Position numbers and translations under genes: made by a program. Below, in pieces: positions 8,383-17,653 of a stretch of 56,758 nucleotides of DNA. The number at the start of each line of letters is the position of its first letter. Positions within the stretch are counted from its first letter, which is position 1. The notes under the pieces were generated by a model that was not told where the DNA came from, ran no database searches, and saw only the letters and a program-made list of their open reading frames with translations. The stretch is from a virus: the IMG/VR virus record IMGVR_UViG_3300031566_000037, positions 1-56,758 of that record; one strand, given 5' to 3'.

Positions 8383-9149
8383 GTAGGTGTCACCTCCTCA
8401 ATGGATTCGGGGTGACAGACAGTGCCGTAGTGAGGACACCAACGCGGATGGCACCATCTTGATTGAGTGTTTTTCATAAAGACGCGCCTCCTCAAATGCC
8501 CCACGAAGCCTATCATCCGATCCCAAAATTCGTCAATGTCTTTCTCTTGAACCTGCATCCAGTCGCGCACGATCTCCACCGGATCGCTTTCCCGAATGAT
8601 ATGGATCCGGCAAGCCGTGTCCGGTGCTATTTTCAGCATCCGCCGGACGCCTTCCAAGTAACAAACCTCTTGCATAACATCCTGGATCGTTCGGATCTTC
8701 TTAACGACCTTATAGTCTGCGAGAGCCATGTCCTCGGTGAGAAGATCGATGATGCCGGTTAGGATATATCGCACCCGGCTTTTATACGGCAGCCGATCGG
8801 TAATGTCGATATAGAACTGCTCTTCCACCAACAGGGGTTTGCCCAGGTGCGGCGCGACATCTGCGATATAATGCGCGAGGATCCGACGCGCGCGATACTC
8901 CCAATAATCATTCGGCGCCCCGAAAGTCTTCTGCCATTCCCATACGAGAAGATCAAATGGCAGGACTGTCCCGCTGCGCAAGCCCCGGTTGAAAAGCGCG
9001 AGCGCGGCATGCATAGCCGATCCGAATGATTGCTGCACCGTTGTTACGCGAGGGATCTTCAGGATGCGTTCCAGATAATACCGATAGGGGCAATCACGGA
9101 AGCTCCCCTCTTGAGAAATCGAGATGAATTTAAACCACTCTTTAGCCAT
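8358..9149 (-). CDS. PD-(D/E)XK nuclease, Cas4/RecB-like with Fe-S cysteines
   Basis: ATG at 9149 preceded by GGAGAGGGG. N-terminal Cys (FRDCPYRYY). GIIDLL...LADYKVVKK fits the D...(D/E)xK pattern. C-terminal WCHPRWCPHYGTVC cysteine triad. Confidence 0.7.
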   Translation of the reverse strand: MAKEWFKFISISQEGSFRDCPYRYYLERILKIPRVTTVQQSFGSAMHAALALFNRGLRSGTVLPFDLLVWEWQKTFGAPNDYWEYRARRILAHYIADVAPHLGKPLLVEEQFYIDITDRLPYKSRVRYILTGIIDLLTEDMALADYKVVKKIRTIQDVMQEVCYLEGVRRMLKIAPDTACRIHIIRESDPVEIVRDWMQVQEKDIDEFWDRMIGFVGHLRRRVFMKNTQSRWCHPRWCPHYGTVCHPESIEEVTPTCHAGASV

Positions 9150-9474
9150 CGCCCCTCTCCATTCCGTCGAGTAAGCCCCCGACCTTGGCATCGTAATCCT
9201 CAAGAACCTCCTGCGCCTCTTCACCACGCAGGTGACGGAAGGGGATTACGTTGCGGAACAACGTCGCGATCCCGCGCTTGACCACCATCCCCTTCATCGC
9301 GCGCACCTCGATCCCAACACCGCTGTCGCGCGCGGAGACGACCCATACCCCCGCCTTGACTGTCACGAATGTGTCCCCCAGGTGCAATATCTCAGCATCC
9401 GCACAGGGGATCCATTTGCCATCAAAGCCGCGCCGGTATCGCGCCCGGAAAAGGCGCCGGTCATCATCCCTCAT
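9142..9474 (-). CDS. hypothetical protein (110 aa)
   Basis: ATG at 9474 preceded by AAGGAGAG. Confidence 0.55.
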   Translation of the reverse strand: MRDDDRRLFRARYRRGFDGKWIPCADAEILHLGDTFVTVKAGVWVVSARDSGVGIEVRAMKGMVVKRGIATLFRNVIPFRHLRGEEAQEVLEDYDAKVGGLLDGMERGDG

Positions 9475-9671
9475 ATTTCCACCCTCTCCTTGCGGTTTTT
9501 CGCACGCTCTGTCCAGGCGGGACAGATTAAAACCTTCACTTTGAGCTTCCGGTTTTCGAAGAGGAACCCTCGTATCGGACACGTAAATGAATGCTGGCTA
9601 CACGTCCGACACTTCTCGGTCTTGTATGTTTCGACAACCCCCTGTGACCCTCGCGGGACGTAATATGGCAT
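9471..9671 (-). CDS. small Cys-containing protein (66 aa)
   Basis: ATG at 9671 lies 6 nt after AAGGAG. Cysteine pattern CRTC...C...C. Confidence 0.45.
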   Translation of the reverse strand: MPYYVPRGSQGVVETYKTEKCRTCSQHSFTCPIRGFLFENRKLKVKVLICPAWTERAKNRKERVEI

Positions 9672-9828
9672 GCCCATCTCCTTTCATATGGCCTCCCCGA
9701 GCGCAGGCATAAGGTTCAGGCGCGGCACTACCATCCATGGTAGCGGCCATCCGCGCCAGCAGAGCTGCGAGTTCCTGCGCCACAAGAATGTGGCGACTTG
9801 ATGCGCTGCGCTCGGTTCAGCCAGGATA

Positions 9829-10113
9829 TTACGTTGCGGGCGGATCCCCCGCAGGTTCAAAGGCCCGTTCGATAACGGCCAGCAGTTTCTCTTTCGTCGT
9901 TATATCTGCAACAACCTTCAAGAGCTGTCGCAGAAATTCCAACACCTCCACGTGTGCCATCGGATCCCAGGCCTGGGGGATAATGGCAAAGCCCCAACGC
10001 TCGCCTCTCTGCTCACTCCGATCAGCTATCGCATCGAGCTCCTTGCGCAATTCCCAAATATCTTGTTCCGATGTATCTGCCGGCACCTTCATAAAAAACA
10101 TCTTCGCTGCCAT
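9829..10113 (-). CDS. hypothetical protein (94 aa)
   Basis: ATG at 10113 preceded by AGGAGG, coupled to the upstream stop (TGATG). Confidence 0.55.
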   Translation of the reverse strand: MAAKMFFMKVPADTSEQDIWELRKELDAIADRSEQRGERWGFAIIPQAWDPMAHVEVLEFLRQLLKVVADITTKEKLLAVIERAFEPAGDPPAT

Positions 10114-10373
10114 CACGCCTCCTGTAAACTGGCTGCCATATAGCTGCCAGCATAAGCCTCAAGACCACGCCGCATATCCGGCGTCTGATCTTGTGCATAT
10201 CGGGTAATCGCATTCAGCAGATCCCAACGCGTGAGCGCGACCCTGGGTTTCTGCGACTGTAGATCCTCCCATATCACAAGCCAGCGTTTCCGCCCGATCT
10301 GCGCTTCCAGATCTAAGGCGACATCACGGATATCGATCTGGCCTTGAGCATCGCGCAGCAACATCCTTGACAT
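10113..10373 (-). CDS. hypothetical protein (86 aa)
   Basis: ATG preceded by GGAGGCG. Confidence 0.55.
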   Translation of the reverse strand: MSRMLLRDAQGQIDIRDVALDLEAQIGRKRWLVIWEDLQSQKPRVALTRWDLLNAITRYAQDQTPDMRRGLEAYAGSYMAASLQEA

Positions 10374-10448
10374 CGCCTCCGCATTGTCTGCGTAGATCTC
10401 CGCGACTTCTTCCCAACGTTCAGGGTCATTAATAATTTCCCGGACAGT

Positions 10449-11162
10449 TCAGAGCGCCGAATCAGGATCGACCATGTGTTTTTGTTTCCAAATCTGCGCG
10501 AGGTTCTTTTCGGCGACAACCAGCCCATTGGTACAGACCAGCCGTAACACATACGGCGCAACGCTGATTGCTAAGTTGCGGGTTTCACTATTCAAGATCT
10601 CAAAGCCGACAGAATGCAAATCGTCCGTTGCAACGTTGGCCATGTTGTCCCAGGGCTGCACCATGAATTGCTCAGTCTGTGCTCGCACTCGCAGCATCAG
10701 ATCGGTCAGCGTAACCTGGCCTTTATCGGTTACGGCCAGGGCTTCATCGAGAACCCGTTCGTGATCGAGCCAACGATACCGCTCGCTCACAATTGCTTGC
10801 GCAACGATCCGGGTTTGCATCTGTGTCTGCGGATCCCGCCAGGCCTCAACCCGGATTTGAAAATGCGTGCCCTTCACCTTCTCGGTGCGCAACAGACGAG
10901 TCCCTATGGTCTCGAATAGATCCGCAGGCACATCCCGGGCAAAGCGGATCGGGATCTTCGGGCTGACGAATCCCGCAAATGCCTGCAGGAAAGATTCTGA
11001 GATCGGGTACGCACGTGCCCCGATCCGTACCATGTCGCCAGCGAATCCAAAGCCGCTATCGCCTGCGACGACATCAAAATCATGCACCTCGCGATTCACA
11101 ATGGACGCACGAGCATCGGCGATCGATTCGAAGTCATGCCGATATTTCGGGATAATTCTCAT
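10449..11162 (-). CDS. DUF932-like protein
   Basis: 237 aa. GFEILNSETRNLAISVAPYVLRLVCTNGLVV matches the remembered DUF932 signature (NShdgs...R.vCsNG). Confidence 0.6.
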   Translation of the reverse strand: MRIIPKYRHDFESIADARASIVNREVHDFDVVAGDSGFGFAGDMVRIGARAYPISESFLQAFAGFVSPKIPIRFARDVPADLFETIGTRLLRTEKVKGTHFQIRVEAWRDPQTQMQTRIVAQAIVSERYRWLDHERVLDEALAVTDKGQVTLTDLMLRVRAQTEQFMVQPWDNMANVATDDLHSVGFEILNSETRNLAISVAPYVLRLVCTNGLVVAEKNLAQIWKQKHMVDPDSAL

Positions 11163-11593
11163 GGCGTATGCTCTCCCTTCATGTGTTCGGCAAATGCCCA
11201 GGCAATTTGCGCAGCCATCTTCAGCGACTCACTATTTGCACTCGCGTGCGGCGAACCAGGCATTGCGACGCAGCGCAGTAGTGTTATAACCTTGGCTGCG
11301 AATTCTGTGATCTGAGGGGCGATTGTGCTGTCAACCTGCAGATATTTTTGTAACAGAATCACAAATGCCTGGCGTTGTGTGAGTCCCTGAAGAGCCGGAT
11401 CGTCTACCTGTGCTTCAGCCATCTCTGTCATAACGCGCTTATAGAAAGCCCGCGTATTGTGCATCCCGGCATGTGCCCGCCGCGATGCTTCGGCCATGGC
11501 CTGAATAGGTATCGCCTCGGCTTTAGGCACCACCTCGGGTGAATCCCCTCCCTGGACAAGAAATACGAATGGTTTATCCGGCAGTCTTATCAC
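11159..11593 (-). CDS. hypothetical protein (up to 144 aa)
   Basis: ORF ATGA-coupled to the DUF932 gene. The start codon is uncertain. Confidence 0.5.
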   Translation of the reverse strand: MIRLPDKPFVFLVQGGDSPEVVPKAEAIPIQAMAEASRRAHAGMHNTRAFYKRVMTEMAEAQVDDPALQGLTQRQAFVILLQKYLQVDSTIAPQITEFAAKVITLLRCVAMPGSPHASANSESLKMAAQIAWAFAEHMKGEHTP

Positions 11594-12665
11594 CTCCCTC
11601 TTTTGGGATCCTCCGTTGTGTACATTTTTTTATCGCCTCTCGCACATCATCCCATTGGCCATCGATCTCTTTAAGAACTTCCCCGGCCAACCCGGTTGGT
11701 AGCCCGGCAGATTGGCAGGCGCGCTCAAAGATCCCCGACATCACCACGGCACTGTCCTCATTGACCCGTGCGATTGCATCGCGTGTGGCTGCGTCCGGAA
11801 TGATCCCGGGCTTGATCAATGCGGTCAATCTGTCATCGAGCGTTTTGAGCATCGCCCCTGCGCTTACCACTTCATCTTCGAATCCCCGGCTCAATCTCTC
11901 GAGCGCCGCCACCTCTCCCTGTATCTTCTGTTTGCGCGCCTGCCGTGTCTGCCATTCATCCAGTAACACAATCAGGTCTGGCACCGCCGTGGCGAATGCG
12001 GCGACGGTATATCTTCGGCGTGGCATCGTGATATAAATGGCTATCATCTGCTGCACCGTATCGAGCGGGTACGTCTCCAACACCGGCTTCAGCGCTGCGG
12101 TATCTCGTGACCAATTGACCAAATATTTGCGCTGCTTTTTCCGCAAATGCAGATCGCGGAACGCATTGATGGCCCCCATAAGCTTATCACGTGTATACGC
12201 CTGCGCTTTAAGCGCAGGCTCGCCGCCCTTGGCGGCGGCATTATCAGCGGAGTCTTTACTGAGTATACTTCGGGTGACACCGGTGTCACTTCTAGATATG
12301 ACAATATTGTCACTTCTGAGTTCAAAAGCGAGCAGGCTGGTCACGATTATGTACAGATTCGTTTGGCCCTGCCCGCGCCGCTCCTTCGTGAGATACCCTC
12401 GCTTGACGATTTCTTGAATGTGTCTAATCACATTCCGTTCGCTTTGCCCCCTTTCTTCGGCAATGCGCGCCAAGCCCGGGTAACAAAAGGGGTCGCCATC
12501 TTCAGTCAATGACGCTTCGTGATCCCATGCGAATTTTCTCAGCACCGCATAGGTGCGGAAGGCTCCATCCGACAGATCTGTGTCTGTGACGATGACGTAA
12601 TCTATCATCACAAACCCACGCTGCGCGCGTGGCCGGTCAAACCGGATCCCTATTTTGTCCGGCAT
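11574..12665 (-). CDS. winged-helix DNA-binding protein, putative replication initiator/organiser
   Basis: ATG at 12665 preceded by GGAAGGAG. LARIAEERGQSERNVIRHIQEIVKRGYLTKERRGQGQTNLY is a typical winged helix-turn-helix. Sits beside the SSB/ATPase genes. Confidence 0.5.
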   Translation of the reverse strand: MPDKIGIRFDRPRAQRGFVMIDYVIVTDTDLSDGAFRTYAVLRKFAWDHEASLTEDGDPFCYPGLARIAEERGQSERNVIRHIQEIVKRGYLTKERRGQGQTNLYIIVTSLLAFELRSDNIVISRSDTGVTRSILSKDSADNAAAKGGEPALKAQAYTRDKLMGAINAFRDLHLRKKQRKYLVNWSRDTAALKPVLETYPLDTVQQMIAIYITMPRRRYTVAAFATAVPDLIVLLDEWQTRQARKQKIQGEVAALERLSRGFEDEVVSAGAMLKTLDDRLTALIKPGIIPDAATRDAIARVNEDSAVVMSGIFERACQSAGLPTGLAGEVLKEIDGQWDDVREAIKKCTQRRIPKEGGDKTAG

Positions 12666-12684
12666 CGGTGGCTCCTTCCCGTTG

Positions 12685-13086
12685 CTAGAATGGCACCTCC
12701 CCGAATTCATCGAGTCCGCTCTGTTCGGGGTTGCGGTATTCCACAATTGACTCCCGCATCTTCCCGCGGCTCTCTTTGTGTTCAACAACCAGTTGCACCC
12801 TTAAGCCCACCACTTCGTGATCCCAATCGATATCGAGCGTGCCCTTGCTCGGTAGACCAAGGATTTCGAAGAGACGCCTTAACCTCCAGAGCGCCTGGGG
12901 CTGCAGGCTGAAATTGTCAAAAAGGTGACGCGGACTCTCGTCGATCCTGAAATCGAAGGCCATGTATGGTTGCTGCGATTTTTCGCCGAGACGTTCGTCG
13001 ATGGCCCATATCTGCGCCTGGTATATCCCCTCCGGCAGGAGCTCAAACTGCGGCCCATCATCTTCGGGGAATGTGATCCTCGTCAC
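12685..13086 (-). CDS. DUF669-like single-stranded DNA-binding protein
   Basis: GTG start overlaps the upstream stop (GTGA), RBS GGAGGTGAGG. LPEGIYQAQI...ALWRLRRLFEILGL resembles DUF669. The C-terminal LDEFGEVPF mimics the acidic ...PF tail of SSB. Confidence 0.6.
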   Translation of the reverse strand: MTRITFPEDDGPQFELLPEGIYQAQIWAIDERLGEKSQQPYMAFDFRIDESPRHLFDNFSLQPQALWRLRRLFEILGLPSKGTLDIDWDHEVVGLRVQLVVEHKESRGKMRESIVEYRNPEQSGLDEFGEVPF

Positions 13087-14129
13087 GCGGCCTCACCTCC
13101 ATCTGCCGCCTGGGATTCAGCGGCGGGTGCTGCAGCGCCTTCGCCAGGTTCCGCTGCGGGTGCAACCACCTTGGGTTTCTGTGTCGGCACAGGCCTCGCG
13201 CCCGGAGTAGCGGGCGGCGCCTGTGCGGGTGCAGCCTCGGCGGGCGGCGCTGAGGCACCCTGTGCTGCCGGCGCCTCTTCGGATTTTGCAGGCGCGCCTT
13301 CCGACTGAGCAGCAACCTGGGCTTCGCCGAAGATCATCTTCTGGAAGATGGCGAAATCGGGCGGCATAAGCCGATCGAGTTTCCCGAAACGATCCTTGCC
13401 ATCGTATTTCGGCATCGGCTGGACGGCGATGAAGCGCTTGACCGTCTGATCTTCATCCTTCGGCCCTGGGCTGCGCACAGCCATGTAGCCGACGACATCC
13501 ACGTAATGCGGCATCTCATCAGCCATCCGGCCAACCATGCCACACTTGTGAACGATGCTGCCGACCTCCTCGTCCTTGTCGTCACGGACGCTGTGGATGA
13601 AGAGAACGTTGATATTGAGATCGCAGAACTCCCTCACGATCCTGCGCATCTCGGTGGTGCATTCGCCATACATGTCCAGGGTCATATTCGCCTTCTCGTG
13701 CGAGTCCATGAGGAAGTCCATGAACTTACGCTGCGCCTCTGAGAGGGAATCGATTATGACGGACTCAAATCGCTGGCTCGTATCCTTCTTGAGAAATTCC
13801 AAAGCCAGAAGGAGATCATCGTAGGTTTTGACATCGATTACTGTGACCGCATCCATACGATCCCGGATTGATGCAGTGCCGGATTCCGCTGCCAGAAGGA
13901 GCGGCTTTGGCATTGTGGATGCGAACACGGTCTTGCCGACCCCGGCGCGGCCATAAAGCGCCATCTTGATTATCGGCGGGATCTCCGTCACTCGTTTGCC
14001 CAGCAGCGCTTCCTCGAGGAACTGCTGGGTCTGATCCACGTATTTGCGGCGGGTTGATTTCGGCGCCGCAGGTGCCGTCGTTGGCGATGGCTCAGAAGTT
14101 GGTGCTTTCTTATCCTTGGCAGTTGCCAT
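13083..14129 (-). CDS. Sak4-like RecA-fold ATPase (AAA_24) with Ala/Pro-rich tail
   Basis: Walker A motif YGRAGVGKT and Walker B-like VIIDSLSE. About 80 aa of low-complexity A/P/E tail. Confidence 0.75.
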   Translation of the reverse strand: MATAKDKKAPTSEPSPTTAPAAPKSTRRKYVDQTQQFLEEALLGKRVTEIPPIIKMALYGRAGVGKTVFASTMPKPLLLAAESGTASIRDRMDAVTVIDVKTYDDLLLALEFLKKDTSQRFESVIIDSLSEAQRKFMDFLMDSHEKANMTLDMYGECTTEMRRIVREFCDLNINVLFIHSVRDDKDEEVGSIVHKCGMVGRMADEMPHYVDVVGYMAVRSPGPKDEDQTVKRFIAVQPMPKYDGKDRFGKLDRLMPPDFAIFQKMIFGEAQVAAQSEGAPAKSEEAPAAQGASAPPAEAAPAQAPPATPGARPVPTQKPKVVAPAAEPGEGAAAPAAESQAADGGEAA

Positions 14130-14379
14130 TTCGGTCTCCTATCGAGCAAAAGGTAAGCGTTCCCGTTCAGGTTTAGCGATGCCAGCCACTGGCGCGACGC
14201 CTAACAAAACCACCTCCTCCAGGCGCTGGAATAGGGCTGGCTCGCGGCCCCGTCTCCCCTGTGCCGCGATCGGCACTCCCCCCGGCCCCTACCCCTCGGC
14301 GCCGGAGAAAAGCCCACACGCGGCCTCTGTGGCCCTCAAAATCGCGGGGGGATAGGCCAGATCCCCACAATGCGGTGCT

Positions 14380-14527
14380 GTGGTAGGCAGATACCGCCCT
14401 GGCGGGAGCTACCCCTACCGGCAGAAGCCGCCTACCACCGCGACCCTATGGTAGCGAGAGATCGCAGCGGGACGCTCCTGTCCGGGCAGATGGCACGGAT
14501 CCGCACCGAACGTTACTGCGATCTCTC
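14380..14527 (-). promoter_or_regulatory. Structured intergenic element (two long stems)
   Basis: GTGGTAGGC (14380-14388) pairs with GCCTACCAC (14430-14438). GAGAGATCGCAG (14456-14467) pairs perfectly with CTGCGATCTCTC (14516-14527). I saw no ATG on the minus strand anywhere in 14130..14530. Confidence 0.4.
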
Positions 14528-14530
14528 TTT

Positions 14531-14743
14531 TCAGTCGGTCGGCGACGCCGAGGTTCCGAGGTCGATACCAAGATCGCTCTCGATATCGGAAGCGGAGAAT
14601 ACGTCGCCGACCAAAATATCATGTGGCAAAATGGCGTTGCAGAGAGGGCACAGATCATAGAGTTGCCCTTGGCGAGAATCAAAACGGCTCATCTCGTGTT
14701 CCGCACCGCAAGCGAGACAGATTACCAAGGCATCAATAAACAC
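14531..14743 (-). CDS. zinc-ribbon small protein (70 aa)
   Basis: Cysteine pairs CLACG...CPLC. Confidence 0.5.
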   Translation of the reverse strand: MFIDALVICLACGAEHEMSRFDSRQGQLYDLCPLCNAILPHDILVGDVFSASDIESDLGIDLGTSASPTD

Positions 14744-14960
14744 GGTGCTCGCCCTCTCTTTCGCCTATTCTGATCGTCCGAGTTATTTGCGCGCGCCGCG
14801 TGACCTCGCGGCGGATCCGCGCACATAGATATTCATTATCACAACCGGCGCAGCGTGCCACAAATGTATCGCGCCCATCTACATGACTGCAACTGGCCAG
14901 ACACCTCAACACGGATCTGGCGCCGTTTTCGAAGCGGGCTTTCTGTTCTGGCTTCATCAT
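14733..14960 (-). CDS. small Cys-containing protein (75 aa)
   Basis: ORF ATGA-coupled to the upstream mini-gene. Contains CAGC plus two other cysteines. Confidence 0.5.
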   Translation of the reverse strand: MMKPEQKARFENGARSVLRCLASCSHVDGRDTFVARCAGCDNEYLCARIRREVTRRAQITRTIRIGEREGEHRVY

Positions 14961-15115
14961 GCGCTCGCCTTTATGGATTCGATCTGTTCGGCTTCCATGC
15001 GTTTTACGGCTTCAGCCAACATGGCATCCTTGCAAGTGCTACAAATCCCGTGGGAGTGTTCGACTATACACTCGCCGATTACTTTTCGGCACCAGGCACA
15101 CAGTACAGGATACAT
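14957..15115 (-). CDS. zinc-ribbon mini-protein (52 aa)
   Basis: Below the track cut-off. ATG at 15115 preceded by GAGGTGAGAGCG. Sequence MYPVLCAWCRKVIGECIVEHSHGICSTCKDAM... Confidence 0.45.
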   Translation of the reverse strand: MYPVLCAWCRKVIGECIVEHSHGICSTCKDAMLAEAVKRMEAEQIESIKASA

Positions 15116-15376
15116 CGCTCTCACCTCGTTTTTAATCTCGTGTTAAAGCCCAGGCAATCAAGAAAATCCCGCCCAAGCAAACAACGCAGAAGCCATGAAA
15201 TTGTCCTAAAAGATTTTCCATCTCTTTCACCTCATGTGTATGAAAGGAGCCGAGCCAGGGATTCACGAATTAAGCCCCTGGCTGCACATCGCACCGCAAG
15301 CCGAACAGCATCGGGCGGAGAGCATTCGCCCGCGCCAGGATCTACGGCCACTGGCCCAGCCCCATCTGTTCGTCTT

Positions 15377-15580
15377 CTATGGATCCTCTAAAATGCTCTC
15401 TCTCTCTTGGCGCTCGAGATCTTCAGTGTCTCGCATCTCGTTGCAGCACTCGTAACCGGAGCGCCAGCATCCCCACCAAGCCTCCCAATCCCCTTCTATG
15501 TCTGTTACCCCCTCCGCGTCTGCCCATATTTCAAAATCAACCCATCCGAAATCATGAGCATCCTTCGGCATCTCTCGCAT
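15377..15580 (-). CDS. hypothetical acidic Trp-rich protein (67 aa)
   Basis: RBS GAGGGGG. Confidence 0.5.
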   Translation of the reverse strand: MREMPKDAHDFGWVDFEIWADAEGVTDIEGDWEAWWGCWRSGYECCNEMRDTEDLERQERESILEDP

Positions 15581-15590
15581 CGCTACCCCC

Positions 15591-15887
15591 TCAATCGCTT
15601 ACCCAAAAAATGTTCACAAAGGCATCCCGCCCGAGCATCTCCTCGCGGCCAGCATCGCTATTGAAATCGGCCAGGCCCAGCGGCCGGAACCAGATTGCCT
15701 CTTGCTCCCTCGTCATCCTGATGTCCCCCAATGGTGGGATCACGCCATCGCGGATCCAAGACGTGACCTCACCCTCGTTGCTGGGATCTCCCTCGCCGCC
15801 GCCATAGAGTGTGTACTCACGGACGTCCGGCTGCGTGTTTCTCTTGGGATCGTAGGACAACGCGATCCATCTCTGTGGTGTTGCCAT
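15591..15887 (-). CDS. hypothetical protein (98 aa)
   Basis: ORF in operon context. Confidence 0.5.
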   Translation of the reverse strand: MATPQRWIALSYDPKRNTQPDVREYTLYGGGEGDPSNEGEVTSWIRDGVIPPLGDIRMTREQEAIWFRPLGLADFNSDAGREEMLGRDAFVNIFWVSD

Positions 15888-15890
15888 TGG

Positions 15891-16445
15891 TTATGCCTCC
15901 CTTTTTGTCGTTTGGAAACGGTGCCAGCCCCGCCTGATATAACAGGCTTCCCATTGGGTTGCCAACTCAAGAAGCGCGTCCTCGAGTTCGGGCGGCGCCT
16001 CCTGATCATTCAGGATCCCCATCGCTATATCGGCATATTCTTCAGCGCGGATTTCCTGGATCCGTGATTCCCACGGCATCCGCTTGTGATCGAATGGTTC
16101 CTTGCGCTGCCAATCTCTAACGTGTCCAAGCTCATGGCAGCACGTTCTGTAGAATCGGCTGGCTACCCTAAGGAAATCGTCCTCTAGCCGTCGGTGCTGT
16201 GGTCGGATGACCACAAACCCACCATCGGTTTCGATCCAACGCTTGCCGCCATTGCGCACCAGGAGATAGCGCCGGACGGATCGGCAGCCAGTAGCCGTTG
16301 AAGCCAGCCGCCAACTCCGTCCCCCTCGCGTAACCTTCACAACAACGCCCCGGGCAATCCGGCACCTAACCGCTTTGGCCGCGCAGGTCAGAATCGTCTT
16401 TAGCGTGGCGTCTTCGAAGTGTGAGTTGTTATAGAGTTTGATCAT
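15891..16445 (-). CDS. HExxH zinc-metallopeptidase-like protein (SprT/ImmA-like)
   Basis: 184 aa containing CCHELGHVRDW. Confidence 0.5.
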   Translation of the reverse strand: MIKLYNNSHFEDATLKTILTCAAKAVRCRIARGVVVKVTRGGRSWRLASTATGCRSVRRYLLVRNGGKRWIETDGGFVVIRPQHRRLEDDFLRVASRFYRTCCHELGHVRDWQRKEPFDHKRMPWESRIQEIRAEEYADIAMGILNDQEAPPELEDALLELATQWEACYIRRGWHRFQTTKREA

Positions 16446-16458
16446 GGCGCCTACCTCT

Positions 16459-16749
16459 TCAAATCTTTCCGATTAGTATCGTCAGCTCGCCTGGGCTGAG
16501 ATACGTGCCACAGTCCGCGCAGAGGGCTGCGCTGAACACTCGCTCTTGTTCCTTCTCGCCATAAATTTCCTTCGCCCGCATCCCGCTAGGCGGGATGGGA
16601 TAAACAAACAGCCTCGTATGAACAATTACTTCAAATTCCCGGCCACCGCAGGTGTTGCAGGTTAATGGCTTTTCCGAACGGCGCTCCCGCCGCGCCTGCC
16701 TTAGTATCTGTGCATCTTTGAAAGTCGCTCTCTTGCCCATCATTTCCAC
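16459..16749 (-). CDS. zinc-ribbon protein (~93-96 aa)
   Basis: Cysteine pairs CNTCGG...CADCG. The start is one of 16749, 16743 or 16740. Confidence 0.55.
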   Translation of the reverse strand: MEMMGKRATFKDAQILRQARRERRSEKPLTCNTCGGREFEVIVHTRLFVYPIPPSGMRAKEIYGEKEQERVFSAALCADCGTYLSPGELTILIGKI

Positions 16750-16841
16750 CTCGTTTTGTTCGGCTTCTAATCAACCGGCGAGGCGGCGCCAGTGTCTAGC
16801 CCACGATTCCCCGGCGCCGCCCCCACCGCTCGGCCTCGTTA

Positions 16842-17207
16842 TTATCCCGCGGCCTCCTCTTCCGGCTCGCTCCCTACGGTCTGCAGATCAGCCAGTTTGG
16901 CCTCCCAATCGGGATCGGTCGTCTTCAGGTCGGCCTCGACCTTCCCGACCTGCTCCATCAGGCCTTCCATATCGCGGAGAAGCGCAAGCCGCTTCTTGAC
17001 CAGGCGTGCCCGGCGATTCCAGAGTGCATCGATCTTCCGCTGCTTGCGGACGCCGATGTGGCTCGCCTTGAATTCCTGCCGCTCCGCCTTCGCCTGCTCC
17101 TTGAACTCGGCAGGCGCACAGGCGGGATGATAAGGATTCATGTGGTCATCGTAAACCGTGAATCCGGCAATCGGTCGCTCGCATTTTGTACAGATTATTT
17201 CCGTCAT
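16842..17207 (-). CDS. zinc-finger plus coiled-coil protein (121 aa)
   Basis: ATG at 17207 preceded by GGAGGATAACAAG. Cysteine/histidine pattern CTKCERP...YHPAC. Confidence 0.55.
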   Translation of the reverse strand: MTEIICTKCERPIAGFTVYDDHMNPYHPACAPAEFKEQAKAERQEFKASHIGVRKQRKIDALWNRRARLVKKRLALLRDMEGLMEQVGKVEADLKTTDPDWEAKLADLQTVGSEPEEEAAG

Positions 17208-17653
17208 CTTGTTATCCTCCATCTACTAGTGAAATTTCTGTGGATCCCCCTTCGTGGTTCAAATCCCGTTTGCTATACAACGTCGAACGTTCTATTCCCA
17301 CCGCTGGCCGCTCCCGTGATTTAACACCGAGCAGGCGCTGCTGGGCTTCCCAGGCTTTCGATCCCGAGTTATGAGGCGCCGCGCGAGGCGATCTTCGTAC
17401 CCCTTCTTAGCGATTCGTTCGGGTTGTCAGTCCTATCCTTGGCCAGGCGCATCCTCCGGCCTGGCCTTGGATCCAGGTTCGCTTCTACCTGCTCTTATTG
17501 TCTTCCCCGATCGGCTCCGCAGTTTATCCGGCTGGGCTTCCCCTCGCCTGCTATGCCGTTGTGGAGCCGCCTTTTGCTCCGCGAGGTCTTGCCGATCGGC
17601 CTCTGTCCGTGTGTGCTACATCCTTTCAGGCTATTCGGTTGTAAGGGTTCCGT

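Noticed and set aside
17250-17270. tRNA T-loop-like string GGTTCAAATCC
   Set aside because: The flanking 5-nt arms (CGTGG/CCCGT) do not pair. No acceptor, D or anticodon arms could be built on either strand.
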